Position numbers and translations under genes: made by a program
Part shown: positions 29,311 through 38,795 of the stretch, piece by piece
How the letters are laid out: each line of letters opens with the position of its first letter
How positions within the stretch are numbered: position 1 is the first letter of the stretch
Assembly: GCA_035539135.1 (NCBI GenBank)
Contig: DATLJD010000009.1
Location: 85,322-149,321, forward strand
DNA length: 64,000 bases
From: Lysobacteraceae bacterium
GTDB lineage: Bacteria > Pseudomonadota > Gammaproteobacteria > Xanthomonadales > Xanthomonadaceae
Reading direction: 5' to 3'
Notes under the pieces: model-generated
What the model was told of the DNA's origin: nothing
The model's input: only the letters and a program-made list of their open reading frames with translations
Databases searched by the model: none

Positions 29311-30285
29311 ATGAGGCCACGGCTGGCGCTGGTGCCGGGCGAGCCGGCCGGCGTCGGCCCCGAGCTGTGCGTGCGGGCCGCTCAGCGCGCGTGGGACGCG
29401 GACCTCGTCGCCTACGGCGACCCCGACGCCCTGCTGCGCGCCGCGCGCGCGCTCGACCTGCCGCTGGAACTGCTGCCGGCCGATGCCCGCGGCGCGCCCG
29501 GCCGGCTGCCGCTGGTCGCGATCGCCAACGCCGTCCTGCCCGCCTTCGGCACGCCCGATCCGCGCAACGCGCGCGCGGTGATCGGCGCGCTCGAACAGGC
29601 CGGCGCCGCCTGCCTGCGCGGCGACTGCGCCGGCGTGGTCACTGGCCCGGTGCACAAGGCCGCGATCAACGCCGGCGGCATCGGCTACACCGGCACCACC
29701 GAACTGCTCGCGGCCCAGGCCGGGCGCGAGGTGGTGATGATGCTGGCCAACGACCTCGTGCGGGTCGCCCTCGCCACCACCCACCTGCCGCTGCGCGCGG
29801 TCGCCGACGCGATCGACGGCGACGGCCTGCGGCGCCAGTTGCGCATCGTGCACGCCGCGCTGCGGGAGGGTTTCGGCATTGCCGATCCGCTGATCGCGGT
29901 GCTCGGGCTCAACCCGCACGCGGGCGAGGACGGGATCCTCGGTCGCGAGGAACTCGATGTCATCGCGCCGGCGCTGGACGCGCTGCGCGCCGAAGGGCTG
30001 CGCCTGGCCGGCCCGCTGCCGGCCGACACCGCGTTCCTGCCGGCGAAGCTGCGTGGCTTCGACGCGGTGTTCGCGATGTACCACGACCAGGGCCTGCCGG
30101 TGCTCAAGTACAGCGGCTTCGAACGGGCGGTGAATTTGACCCTCGGCCTGCCCTACCCGCGCGTCGCGGTCGACCATGGCACCGCGCTCGACCTCGCCGG
30201 CAGCGGCCGCGCGGACCCGTCCAGCCTGTACGCCGCGATCGCGACCTGCGCGCGGCTGGCACGCCAGCGGACACGGTCGGCATGA
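29311..30285 (+). CDS. pdxA: 4-hydroxythreonine-4-phosphate dehydrogenase
   Basis: GEPAGVGPEL, GPVHKAAIN, GLNPHAGE, MYHDQGL, and RVAVDHGTALDLAG. Confidence 0.93.
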   Translation: MRPRLALVPGEPAGVGPELCVRAAQRAWDADLVAYGDPDALLRAARALDLPLELLPADARGAPGRLPLVAIANAVLPAFGTPDPRNARAVIGALEQAGAACLRGDCAGVVTGPVHKAAINAGGIGYTGTTELLAAQAGREVVMMLANDLVRVALATTHLPLRAVADAIDGDGLRRQLRIVHAALREGFGIADPLIAVLGLNPHAGEDGILGREELDVIAPALDALRAEGLRLAGPLPADTAFLPAKLRGFDAVFAMYHDQGLPVLKYSGFERAVNLTLGLPYPRVAVDHGTALDLAGSGRADPSSLYAAIATCARLARQRTRSA

Positions 30286-30644
30286 GGCCTGCGCAGCCGC
30301 CCGCGATGCAGGAGATCGGCTGGGACGACTTCATGAGGGTCGAGCTGCGGGTCGGCCGCGTGCTGTCCGCCGAAGCCTTCGCGCAGGCGCGCAAGCCGGC
30401 CTACGTGCTGCACGTGGACTTCGGCCCCGAGATCGGGGTGCGCAAGTCGAGCGCGCAGGTGACCGCGCTTTATGCACCCGAGGAACTGGTCGGCCGCCTG
30501 GTGGTCGGCGTGGTGAACTTCCCGCGCAAGCAGATCGGTCCGCTGATGTCCGAATGCCTGGTCACCGGCTTCCACGACGCCGAGGGCCGGGTCGCCCTGT
30601 GCGTGCCCGACCGCGAGGTGCCGCTGGGCACCCGCCTGCTGTGA
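30282..30644 (+). CDS. tRNA-binding domain protein (CsaA/EMAP-like OB fold)
   Basis: DFMRVELRVGRVLSAEAFAQARKPAYVLHVDFGPEIGVRKSSAQVT...LVGRLVVGVVNF is typical of CsaA. ATG 30282 overlaps the pdxA stop (ATGA). An alternative start is ATG 30306 (MQEIGW). Confidence 0.8.
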   Translation: MRPAQPPAMQEIGWDDFMRVELRVGRVLSAEAFAQARKPAYVLHVDFGPEIGVRKSSAQVTALYAPEELVGRLVVGVVNFPRKQIGPLMSECLVTGFHDAEGRVALCVPDREVPLGTRLL

Positions 30645-30652
30645 GCCGCGCG

Positions 30653-31453
30653 ATGGACGAGCAGCCGCCCCGCTTCACCGCGCCGCCGAAGAAGGCCTTC
30701 GGCCAAAACTTCCTGCACGAGCGCGGGGTGGTCGCGAAGATCGTGCAGGCGATCGATCCCCGGCCTGGCGACCGCATCGTCGAGATCGGACCCGGCCAGG
30801 GCGCGCTGACCTTCCCGCTGCTGGACCGGCACGGCGCACTCACCGCGATCGAGTTCGACCGCGACCTGCTCGTCCCGCTGGCGGCCGCCGCGCGGGCGCA
30901 CGGGGAACTCACCCTGGTCGCGGGCGACGTGCTCGGCGTGGACTTCACGGCGCTGGCCGAAGGCGGCCGCATCCGCCTGGTCGGCAACCTGCCCTACCAC
31001 CTGTCGTCGCCAATCCTGTTCCATGCGCTGGACCACGCCGCCGCGATCCGCGACATGCACTTCATGCTGCAGAAGGAAGTCGTCGAGCGCATGGCGGCCA
31101 GTCCCGGCAGCAAGGTCTACGGCCGGCTCAGCGTGATGCTGCAGGCCTACTGCACGGTGACGCCGCTGTTCAGCGTGCCGCCGGGTGCGTTCCGGCCGCC
31201 GCCGAAGGTCGACTCGGCGGTGGTCCGGCTGGTGCCGCGCGCGCCGGAGACGATCGGCATCCGCGATCCGCGCCGCTTCGCCGACGTCGTCCGCGCCGCC
31301 TTCGGCCAGCGCCGCAAGACCCTGCGCAACGCTCTGTCCGGCGTCGCCGACGCCGGCCTGATCGCCGCCGCCGGGCTCGATCCCGGCGCGCGTGCCGAGC
31401 AGGTCGCGGTGGCCGGTTTCGTGCGCCTGGCGAACGGCGCGCAACCGGACTGA
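30653..31453 (+). CDS. rsmA: 16S rRNA (adenine1518/1519-N6)-dimethyltransferase
   Basis: KKAFGQNFLHE, VEIGPGQGALT, and NLPYHLSSPILF. An alternative GTG start at 30641 overlaps the previous stop. Confidence 0.92.
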   Translation: MDEQPPRFTAPPKKAFGQNFLHERGVVAKIVQAIDPRPGDRIVEIGPGQGALTFPLLDRHGALTAIEFDRDLLVPLAAAARAHGELTLVAGDVLGVDFTALAEGGRIRLVGNLPYHLSSPILFHALDHAAAIRDMHFMLQKEVVERMAASPGSKVYGRLSVMLQAYCTVTPLFSVPPGAFRPPPKVDSAVVRLVPRAPETIGIRDPRRFADVVRAAFGQRRKTLRNALSGVADAGLIAAAGLDPGARAEQVAVAGFVRLANGAQPD

Positions 31454-31553
31454 ACCGCGGTCGCGCGCGCGACGCCCGTTCGCGCGCACGGGGGTTGGGT
31501 GACGAATGGCCTACAGGCCCCATCCGTTCACGCCGCCCCCTTACACTGACCGC

Positions 31554-31946
31554 ATGACGGAATACGACGACACGAGCCCGTACCGGCTCGCGATCACGGT
31601 CGCCACGCGCTACCTGCCCGCCGACTCGCAACCCGACGGCGATCGCTACGCGTTCGCCTACACCATCCACATCCGCAACGACGGCGCGGTGCCGGCGCGC
31701 CTGCTCGGCCGCCACTGGATCATCACCGACGGCAGCGGCGAGGTGCGCGAGGTCGAAGGCGAGGGCGTGGTCGGCGAGCAGCCGTGGCTGCGCCCGGGCG
31801 AGGATTTCGTGTACACCTCGGGCGCGGTGTTGCCGACCCCGGTCGGCAGCATGCACGGCCGCTACCGCATGCTGGCCGACGACGGCACCCACTTCGACGC
31901 GCCGATCCCCGCCTTCACCCTGTGCGTCCCGCACAGCCTGCACTGA
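31554..31946 (+). CDS. apaG: ApaG (DUF525) protein
   Basis: YAFAYTIHIRNDG...RHWIITDGSGEVREVEGEGVVGEQPWL.PGE.F.YTSG. ATG 31554 is preferred over the track start at 31506. Confidence 0.88.
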   Translation: MTEYDDTSPYRLAITVATRYLPADSQPDGDRYAFAYTIHIRNDGAVPARLLGRHWIITDGSGEVREVEGEGVVGEQPWLRPGEDFVYTSGAVLPTPVGSMHGRYRMLADDGTHFDAPIPAFTLCVPHSLH

Positions 31947-31953
31947 GGCGGCG

Positions 31954-32817
31954 ATGGCGACCTGGGCGATCGGCGACCTGCAAGGCTGTTACGCACCGAC
32001 GCAGCGGCTGCTCGAGGCGATCCGCTTCGATCCGGCGCGCGACCGCCTCTGGTTCTGCGGCGACCTGGTCAACCGCGGCGGGGAGTCGCTGGAAACCCTG
32101 CGCCTGGTGCATTCGCTGCGGGCCAACGCGGTCAGCGTGCTCGGCAACCACGACCTGTCGCTGCTGGCGATCGCCGAGCGCACGGAAGAGGAGCAGCGCA
32201 AGGTCAACCCCGACCTGCAGCGCGTGCTGCAGGCCGAGGATCGCGACACTCTGTTGACCTGGCTGCGCGGCCAGCCGCTGCTGCACGCCGACCGCGGGCT
32301 CGGCTGGATGATGGTGCACGCCGGGCTCGCGCCCAAGTGGACGACCACGCTGGCCCAGAAGCACGCGCGCGAAGTCGAAGAGCGGCTGCGCGGCGATGAC
32401 TACCGGCACCTGCTCAGGCACATGTACGGCGACAAGCCGGCGTGGTCGCCGCGGCTGACCGGCGTCGAGCGCGCGCGCGCGATCATCAACGTGTTCACCC
32501 GGCTGCGCTACTGCAGCCCGCGCGGTCGCATCGCCTTCGAGGAAAAGGGTCCGCCGGGCACCCAGGCGGCCGGCCTCTACCCGTGGTACGCGGTGCCGGG
32601 CCATGCCAGGCGCGACCTGCGGATCGTGTGCGGTCACTGGTCCGCGCTCGGCCTGTTCATCGGCCACGGCGTGCACGCGATCGATACCGGCGCGGTGTGG
32701 GGCGGCAAGCTCACCGCGCTGCAGCTCGACGGCGGCGAGCTGCGCATCGTGCAGGTCCCCGGCCGCGACGTGCCCGCGCACCCGCCCAGGCCGCCGCGCC
32801 GGCGCCGGCGCCGCTGA
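31954..32817 (+). CDS. apaH: bis(5'-nucleosyl)-tetraphosphatase (symmetrical)
   Basis: WAIGDLQGCY, GDLVNRG, GNHD, and VCGHW metallophosphatase motifs, in the position downstream of apaG. Confidence 0.92.
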   Translation: MATWAIGDLQGCYAPTQRLLEAIRFDPARDRLWFCGDLVNRGGESLETLRLVHSLRANAVSVLGNHDLSLLAIAERTEEEQRKVNPDLQRVLQAEDRDTLLTWLRGQPLLHADRGLGWMMVHAGLAPKWTTTLAQKHAREVEERLRGDDYRHLLRHMYGDKPAWSPRLTGVERARAIINVFTRLRYCSPRGRIAFEEKGPPGTQAAGLYPWYAVPGHARRDLRIVCGHWSALGLFIGHGVHAIDTGAVWGGKLTALQLDGGELRIVQVPGRDVPAHPPRPPRRRRRR

Positions 32818-32828
32818 GCGCTGGAGCG

Positions 32829-33323
32829 CTAGGCCGCCCGCACGTAATCGACGAAGGCGAACGCGAAGGCGTGCTTCGCATCCGCGGGATGGGCGTCGCG
32901 CGCGACCTCCTGCCAGTCGCCGGGGTCGAAGGCCGGGAAGAACGCATCGGCGCCGTCCACCACGGTGTCCACCCAGGTCAGGTGCAGGCGGGCGGCCAGC
33001 GGCAGCGCCTCGGCGAAGACCTCGCCGCCACCGATCACGCTCAGCTCGTCGGCATCGCGCGCGGCGTCCAGCGCCGCGGCGAGCGACGGCACCGCCTGCA
33101 TGCCGTCGAACGGAACCCGCCCGCTGCGGGTGAGCACCAGGTTGCGGCGGCCTGGCAGCGCGCGGCCCAGCGACTCGGCGGTGCGCCGGCCCATCAGGAC
33201 CGGTTTGCCGAGGGTGAGCGCCTTGAAGCGCCTGAGGTCGTCCGGCAGGTGCCAGGGCAGCGCGTTGTCCTTGCCGATCGCGCGCTGGCGGTCGAGCGCG
33301 GCGATGAGTGAGAGCGTCGTCAC
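32829..33323 (-). CDS. folA: dihydrofolate reductase
   Basis: LIAALDRQRAIGKDNALPWHLPDDLRRFKALTLGKPVLMGRRT..., and it lies downstream of thyA. Confidence 0.92.
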   Translation of the reverse strand: MTTLSLIAALDRQRAIGKDNALPWHLPDDLRRFKALTLGKPVLMGRRTAESLGRALPGRRNLVLTRSGRVPFDGMQAVPSLAAALDAARDADELSVIGGGEVFAEALPLAARLHLTWVDTVVDGADAFFPAFDPGDWQEVARDAHPADAKHAFAFAFVDYVRAA

Positions 33324-33333
33324 CGCCGCCCCG

Positions 33334-34128
33334 CTACACCGCCACCGGCGCCTTGATCGCGGGCAGCGGGTCGTAGCCCTCGATCGCGATGTCGTCGTAG
33401 GCGAAGGCGAACAGGTCGCGCACGTCCGGATTGAGCCGCAGCCGCGGCAGCGGGCGCGGCGCGCGCGCCAGCTGCTCGCGCGCCTGGTCGAAGTGGTTGG
33501 CGTACAGGTGCGCGTCGCCGAGCGTGTGCACGAAGTCGCCGACGCCGAGACCGGCCACCTGCGCCACCATGTGGGTCAGCAACGCGTAGCTGGCGATGTT
33601 GAACGGCACCCCGAGGAAGATGTCGCCGCTGCGCTGGTACAGCTGGCAGCTGAGCTTGCCGTCCGCCACGTAGAACTGGAACAGCGTGTGGCAGGGCATC
33701 AGCGCCATCTTTGGGAGGTCGGCGACGTTCCACGCGCTGACGATCAGCCGCCGCGAGTCGGGGTTGCGCCGGATCTCGTCGACCACCCAGCGCAGCTGGT
33801 CGATCTCGCGGCCGTCGCTGCCGGTCCAGCGCCGCCACTGCTTGCCGTAGACCGGGCCGAGCTCGCCGTGTTCGTCGGCCCACTCGTCCCAGATCGTGAC
33901 CTTGTTCGCGCGCAGGTAGGCGATGTTGGTCTCGCCGCGCAGGAACCACAGCAGTTCGTGCACGATCGAGCGCAGGTGCAGCTTCTTGGTGGTGACCAGC
34001 GGGAAGCCGTCGGCGAGGTCGAAGCGCATCTGCCAGCCGAACACGCTGCGGGTGCCGGTGCCGGTGCGGTCGGCCTTGTCGGTGCCGTGCTCGAGGACGT
34101 GGCCGAGGAGGTCGAGGTACTGCTTCAT
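33334..34128 (-). CDS. thyA: thymidylate synthase (ThyA type)
   Basis: MKQYLDLL...DRTGTGT.S.FG...LWFL.G.TN...[12 protein letters not shown]...SGD.FLG.PFNIASY. Confidence 0.95.
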   Translation of the reverse strand: MKQYLDLLGHVLEHGTDKADRTGTGTRSVFGWQMRFDLADGFPLVTTKKLHLRSIVHELLWFLRGETNIAYLRANKVTIWDEWADEHGELGPVYGKQWRRWTGSDGREIDQLRWVVDEIRRNPDSRRLIVSAWNVADLPKMALMPCHTLFQFYVADGKLSCQLYQRSGDIFLGVPFNIASYALLTHMVAQVAGLGVGDFVHTLGDAHLYANHFDQAREQLARAPRPLPRLRLNPDVRDLFAFAYDDIAIEGYDPLPAIKAPVAV

Positions 34129-34138
34129 CCCGGCGTGC

Positions 34139-35023
34139 TCACTCCGCAGAGGCCGTGGCGGGCCGGGGCAGCAGGGTCGGCGCGTTGCGCGAGCGCCACA
34201 GCCAGAACAGGCCGAGCAGGATCAGCGGCAGGCTCAGCAGCTGGCCCATCGTGAGCCAGCCGAAGGCGAGGTATTCCAGCTGCGCGTCCGGCACCCGCAC
34301 GAATTCCACCAGGAAGCGGAACACGCCGTACAGCAGCGCGAACACGCCCGCCACCGCGTAACGCGGGCGCGGCCTGGCCGAGAACCACCACAGCACGACG
34401 AACAGCAGCAGGCCTTCCAGCAGCGCCTGGTACAGTTGCGACGGGTGCCGCGCGAAGGCGTCCAGCGCGCCGGCCTCGAACTGCGCGCGCAGCGTCGCCG
34501 CGTCCATCGCCGCGTACGGCATCGGCAGCGAGGCCGGGAACACCACGCCCCAGTCGGCGTGGGTCAGCTTGCCCCACAGCTCGCCGTTGATGTAGTTGCC
34601 GATCCGGCCGAAGCCCAGGCCCGGCGGCACCAGCGGCGCGACGAAGTCGATCGTGTCCATCACCGCCAGCCCGCGCCGGCGCGACCACCACCACACCGCC
34701 ACGCAGACGCCCAGCAGGCCGCCGTGGAAGCTCATGCCGCCCTGCCAGATCTTGAACACCTGCAGCGGGTCCGCGAGGTAGGCCGAAAGATCGTAGAACA
34801 GGATGTAGCCGATCCGGCCGCCGAGCACCACGCCCAGCATCGCGTAGAACATCAGGTCGCCGTAGCCGTGCTCGTCCACGCCCGGCAGGCGGCCGGCGCG
34901 CACGCGGCGGCGGCCCAGCCACCAGGCGACGCCGAAGCCGAGCAGGTACATCAGGCCGTACCAGTGGATCTGCAGCGGGCCGAGCGTGAGCGCGATGGGG
35001 TCGATCTGGTCCAGGTGGATCAT
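34139..35023 (-). CDS. lgt: phosphatidylglycerol--prolipoprotein diacylglyceryl transferase
   Basis: [33 protein letters not shown], and [13 protein letters not shown]. Confidence 0.93.
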   Translation of the reverse strand: MIHLDQIDPIALTLGPLQIHWYGLMYLLGFGVAWWLGRRRVRAGRLPGVDEHGYGDLMFYAMLGVVLGGRIGYILFYDLSAYLADPLQVFKIWQGGMSFHGGLLGVCVAVWWWSRRRGLAVMDTIDFVAPLVPPGLGFGRIGNYINGELWGKLTHADWGVVFPASLPMPYAAMDAATLRAQFEAGALDAFARHPSQLYQALLEGLLLFVVLWWFSARPRPRYAVAGVFALLYGVFRFLVEFVRVPDAQLEYLAFGWLTMGQLLSLPLILLGLFWLWRSRNAPTLLPRPATASAE

Positions 35024-35279
35024 GCGGCGGGGCGGCCTCGCGGTGCGTTGCGGCTATTGTGCATGAGTCGCGCGCGGGCCTCGGCCTGGCCGGGAACCGC
35101 ACCGCCCGGTCCGCGCCGGATGCGATCCCGCATCGGGAAAGCATGCGCCCAGGATGCATGGATTGCCTGGGCGAGGGGCCTCATCAACCGGGCGGGTATC
35201 GGGAGCGAATGGAGGAGGTCCCTTGCCCCGCCGCGCCGGAAGACGTTCCGCGCTCACCATGGACGCGCATCGCGGCGGC

Positions 35280-35768
35280 TCACAGGATCCGCGGCCGGTT
35301 CGGCAGCTCGTCCTGGTCGCGATCGCCGGGGCGCAGCGGGAAGTGTGCGGCGAGCAGCTCCGAAATCGCGGCCACCGCCTCGGTCACCGCGGCCTCGGCC
35401 TCGCCTGCGCGCAGGCGTTCCTCCATCCGCGCGCAGATCGCGCGCCATTGCGCGTCATCGACCAGGGCGCGCAGGCCGCGGTCAGCGACGATCTCGATGC
35501 GGTGGTCGGCGAGCAGCAGGTACAGCAGCACGCCGTTGTTGGCCGCGGTGTCCCACACCCGCAGGCGGGCGAAGGCGTCCTCGGCGGCCTGGCGCGGGCC
35601 GACCCCGGCCAGCACCGCGCGCCAGTGCAGCGCCGGCTCGACCGCGAAGCAGACCTCGCCGCGATGGCGGGCTTCGCCGGCGGCGATCGCGTCGGTGATC
35701 CGCTGCATCGCCTCGGCCGGGAACAGCCGCTGCGCGGAGGGTGCGAACAGGTGGCGCAACAGGCGCAT
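35280..35768 (-). CDS. TPM-domain protein (small, cytoplasmic-type partner of the LemA-TPM cluster)
   Basis: GEVCFAVEP...NNGVLLYLLLADHRIEIVADRGL is typical of a TPM/DUF477 phosphatase-like domain. It is the third gene of the lemA cluster. Confidence 0.75.
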   Translation of the reverse strand: MRLLRHLFAPSAQRLFPAEAMQRITDAIAAGEARHRGEVCFAVEPALHWRAVLAGVGPRQAAEDAFARLRVWDTAANNGVLLYLLLADHRIEIVADRGLRALVDDAQWRAICARMEERLRAGEAEAAVTEAVAAISELLAAHFPLRPGDRDQDELPNRPRIL

Positions 35769-35777
35769 GCGCGTCTC

Positions 35778-36689
35778 CTACCAGCTGCCGGAGGCGCCGC
35801 CGCCCCCGCTCATGCCGCCGCCGCCCGACCAGCCGCCGCCGCCGAAGCCGCCTCCTCCGCCCCAGCCACCGCCGCCGAAGCCGCCGCCACCGATCCACGG
35901 CCCGCCGCCCCAGCGCCCGCCGCCGGCGGCGCGCATGCGCCCGGGCGCGGCGAGTCCGGTGAACAGGCCGATCAGGGCGCCGATGCCGCCGACCAGCAGC
36001 AGCGAGGACAGCAGCCAGGCGGCGAAGCCCGCCGCGCCGGCACCGAACAGCGCGCGCAGCGGACGCGGCAGCCGGCCGAAGATGCCGCGCGCGACCTGCG
36101 CGACCATGAGCGCGACGAACAGCGCGAACAGCCATGGCACGCCGCCACCGCCGTCGCGCGCGCGGTTGTCGGCGATCGGCGCCGGCAACGGCTCGCCGTC
36201 GATCAGCTTGACCAGCACCGCGGTGGCATCGGCGATGCCGCCGGCGTAGTCGCCGGCGCGGAACTTCGGCGCCATGTATTCCTGGATGATGCGGTTGGCG
36301 ATCGCGTCCGGGATCGCACCCTCCAGGCCGTAGCCCGGCTGGATGCGCACCCGGCGATCATCCTTGGCGACCACCAGCAGCACGCCGTCGTCGATGCCCT
36401 TGCGTCCGAGCTTCACCTGGTCGAACACGCGCTGCGTGTACTGCGCGATGTCCTCGGGCTGCGTGGTCGGCACGATAAGCACCTGCAGCTGGCTGCCCTT
36501 GCGCTGCTGCAGCGCGAGCGCCTGCTGCGCGAGCTGCTGCTTCTCCGCGGCGGTGAGGGTCCCGGTGGTGTCGACCACCGGCGCATCGAGTGGCGGAATC
36601 GGCGCCAGCTGCTGGGCCAGGCCGGCCGCGCTCGCCAGCAGCAGCCCGAGCAGCGCGAGCGCGCGCAGCGAGCGGGTGATCCGCGGCAT
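35778..36689 (-). CDS. TPM-domain (YgcG-like) membrane protein with a Gly/Trp/Phe-rich C-terminal tail
   Basis: Signal peptide, TPM domain (VVDTTGTLT...LQVLIVPT...DDGVLLVVAKDDRRVRIQPGYGLEG), TM helices, then GGGRWGGGPWIGGGGFGGGGWGGGGGFGGGGWSGGGG. Confidence 0.85.
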   Translation of the reverse strand: MPRITRSLRALALLGLLLASAAGLAQQLAPIPPLDAPVVDTTGTLTAAEKQQLAQQALALQQRKGSQLQVLIVPTTQPEDIAQYTQRVFDQVKLGRKGIDDGVLLVVAKDDRRVRIQPGYGLEGAIPDAIANRIIQEYMAPKFRAGDYAGGIADATAVLVKLIDGEPLPAPIADNRARDGGGGVPWLFALFVALMVAQVARGIFGRLPRPLRALFGAGAAGFAAWLLSSLLLVGGIGALIGLFTGLAAPGRMRAAGGGRWGGGPWIGGGGFGGGGWGGGGGFGGGGWSGGGGMSGGGGASGSW

Positions 36690-36702
36690 CGGCGCGGCGG
36701 GC

Positions 36703-37350
36703 TCAGCCGCCCGACGGCGCGGGCTGCGGCTGCGGGGCCGGCTGCTGCGTCTGCGCCGGCGGCGCGCCGAAGTCCACGGTCGGCGCCTGCTGGATCTGCT
36801 GCTCGTTCTCGACCGTGAAGTTCGGCTTGGTCTGGTAGCCGAAGAGCTTCGCGGTCATCACCGCCGGGAACTGGCGGATGTAGGTGTTGTAGTCCTGCAC
36901 CGCCTGGATGTAGCGGCCGCGGGCGACGGTGATCCGGTTCTCGGTGCCTTCCAGCTGCGCCTGCAGGTCCTGGAACGAGCGGTCGGCCTTCAGGTTCGGG
37001 TAGTTCTCGCTGACCACCAGCAGCCGGCTCAGCGCGCTCGACAGCTCGCCCTGCGCCTGCTGGAACGCCGCCAGCGACTGCGCGTCGTCGGCACGCACGT
37101 TGATCTGGCCGACCCTGGCGCGCGCGTTGGTGACCTCGGTGAGCACGCGTTGCTCGTGGCTCGCGTAGCCCTTCACCGTGTTGACGAGGTTCGGCACCAG
37201 GTCGGCCCGCCGCTTGTACTGGTTGATGACCTCGGACCAGGCGGCCTTGACCGTCTCGTCCTTCTGCTGGATCTGGTTGTAGCCGCAGCCGGACAGCAGC
37301 GCGGCGAGCACGACGAGCAGGACGAGGCGCGCGGACGGGACGGCACGCAT
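36703..37350 (-). CDS. lemA: LemA family lipoprotein
   Basis: Lipobox LLSGC, then GYNQIQQKDE.V.AAWSEV.NQYKRRADLVPNLV.TVKGYA.HE, the LemA signature. Start is ATG 37350. Confidence 0.9.
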   Translation of the reverse strand: MRAVPSARLVLLVVLAALLSGCGYNQIQQKDETVKAAWSEVINQYKRRADLVPNLVNTVKGYASHEQRVLTEVTNARARVGQINVRADDAQSLAAFQQAQGELSSALSRLLVVSENYPNLKADRSFQDLQAQLEGTENRITVARGRYIQAVQDYNTYIRQFPAVMTAKLFGYQTKPNFTVENEQQIQQAPTVDFGAPPAQTQQPAPQPQPAPSGG

Positions 37351-37424
37351 GGCGGTGGCTCCGGTGGGCGACGGCGGGATTGCAGCATCGCCCGGACCCG
37401 CGTGCAACAGGCGTCAACCCGCGG

Positions 37425-38165
37425 TCAGGCGCCCTCGCCGCGCAGCCGCGCGCGGCGCTTGGCCCACAGGTTCAGGCACTCCACCGCGGCCGAGAAGCCC
37501 ATCGGCCCGTACACGTAGGCCTTGGGCACGTGGATCTCGAGGCCTTCCACGACCAGGTAGGCGCCGATCAGCACGATGAAGGCCAGCGCCAGCATCTTGA
37601 TGGTCGGGTTGTTGTCGATGAAGCGGCCCAGCGGCTGCGCCGCCAGCAGCATCACCGCCACCGCCAGCAGGATCGCCGCGACCATCACCGGCACGTACTG
37701 GTCGGCCATGCCGACCGCCGCGATCACCGAATCCAGCGAGAACACGATGTCGATCACCGCGATCTGGGCGATAACCGCCATGAACGAACTCGCCGGCTTG
37801 GTGTGCACGTCCTCGGACTCCGGCTCGCCGGCGACCTGGTCGCGGATCTCCATCACGCCCTTGAACACCAGGAAGATGCCGCCGAGCAGCAGCACCAGGT
37901 CGCGCACCGACAGGCCGCGCCCGAAGACCGTGAACAGGTCGGTCTTCATGTGCGCGAGGTAGGCCAGGGTCAGCAGCAGGGCGACGCGGGTGATGCAGGC
38001 CGCCGCGATGCCGAACTTGCGCGCGCGCTCGCGGGTGGCCGCGGGCAGCTTGCTCACCGCGATCGAGATGAACACCAGGTTGTCGATGCCGAGCACGATC
38101 TCAATCGAGCTCAGGGTGACCAGCAGGATCCAGGTCTGCGGGTCGGCCAGCATGGAAAGACTCAA
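37425..38165 (-). CDS. TerC-family integral membrane protein
   Basis: LGIDNLVFISI, and a repeated half with DIVFSLDSVIAAVG. An alternative start is ATG 38153. Confidence 0.85.
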   Translation of the reverse strand: MSLSMLADPQTWILLVTLSSIEIVLGIDNLVFISIAVSKLPAATRERARKFGIAAACITRVALLLTLAYLAHMKTDLFTVFGRGLSVRDLVLLLGGIFLVFKGVMEIRDQVAGEPESEDVHTKPASSFMAVIAQIAVIDIVFSLDSVIAAVGMADQYVPVMVAAILLAVAVMLLAAQPLGRFIDNNPTIKMLALAFIVLIGAYLVVEGLEIHVPKAYVYGPMGFSAAVECLNLWAKRRARLRGEGA

Positions 38166-38190
38166 GACCGGGAACTCCGAAAAGCGGGCG

Positions 38191-38571
38191 TCAGAAGTAG
38201 CGCGGGCCGAGGATCAGGCCCCAGGTCAGCACCACGTTGGCCATCAGCACGAACACCGCGGCCGAGCCCATGTCCTTGGCGCGGCCGGCGAGCTCGTGGT
38301 GCTCGCCGCCGTAGCGCTCGATCACCGCCTCGATCGCCGAGTTGAGCAGTTCCGCGCCGAGCACGAGCAGGCAGCTGCCGACCAGCAGCACCTTCTCGAT
38401 CGCGCCCTGGCCGAGGTAGAGCGCGGTCGGGCCGAGGATCGCGAACAGGTAGACCTCGAGCCGGAACGAGGATTCGTGCAGCCAGGCCGCGCGCAGGCCC
38501 TGCAGCGACCACTTGGTCGCCAGCCAGATCCGCCCGGGCCGGCGCGGCAGGTGTCCGATCTCGTCCGCCAT
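38191..38571 (-). CDS. dgkA: diacylglycerol kinase
   Basis: About 126 aa with 3 TM helices: ATKWSLQGLRAAW..ESSFRLE...LNSAIEAVIER...LAGRAKDMGSAAVF. Start is ATG 38571. Confidence 0.88.
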   Translation of the reverse strand: MADEIGHLPRRPGRIWLATKWSLQGLRAAWLHESSFRLEVYLFAILGPTALYLGQGAIEKVLLVGSCLLVLGAELLNSAIEAVIERYGGEHHELAGRAKDMGSAAVFVLMANVVLTWGLILGPRYF

Positions 38572-38795
38572 CAGGGCACCCGCGGGCTGGCGGGACGCCG
38601 GCCGGCCGGGGCCAGCGCCGGGAACGGCGGGAAAACGATGGACATGGCGCGGCGATGGCGGAGGGCAGGCGCGGGTGCGCGATCCCCCGATTCTGCCACA
38701 AGCCGGCAAGCCGCCGCCGGACCCGCGTCATGACATCGGGCGCCGGCTGCGGCACCATCGGCCGGTTCGGATCGCGAACCCAACCGGCCCACCGC

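Noticed and set aside
35790-35935. GCC/GCCGCC-rich nucleotide repeat
   Set aside because: It is the coding sequence of the Gly-rich tail of the YgcG-like protein (GGC/GGT codons on the minus strand), not a non-coding repeat.
38166-38190. Second Mn2+ riboswitch in front of the TerC-family gene, a frequent yybP-ykoY target
   Set aside because: Only 25 nt separate it from dgkA, and no aptamer signature blocks are present.
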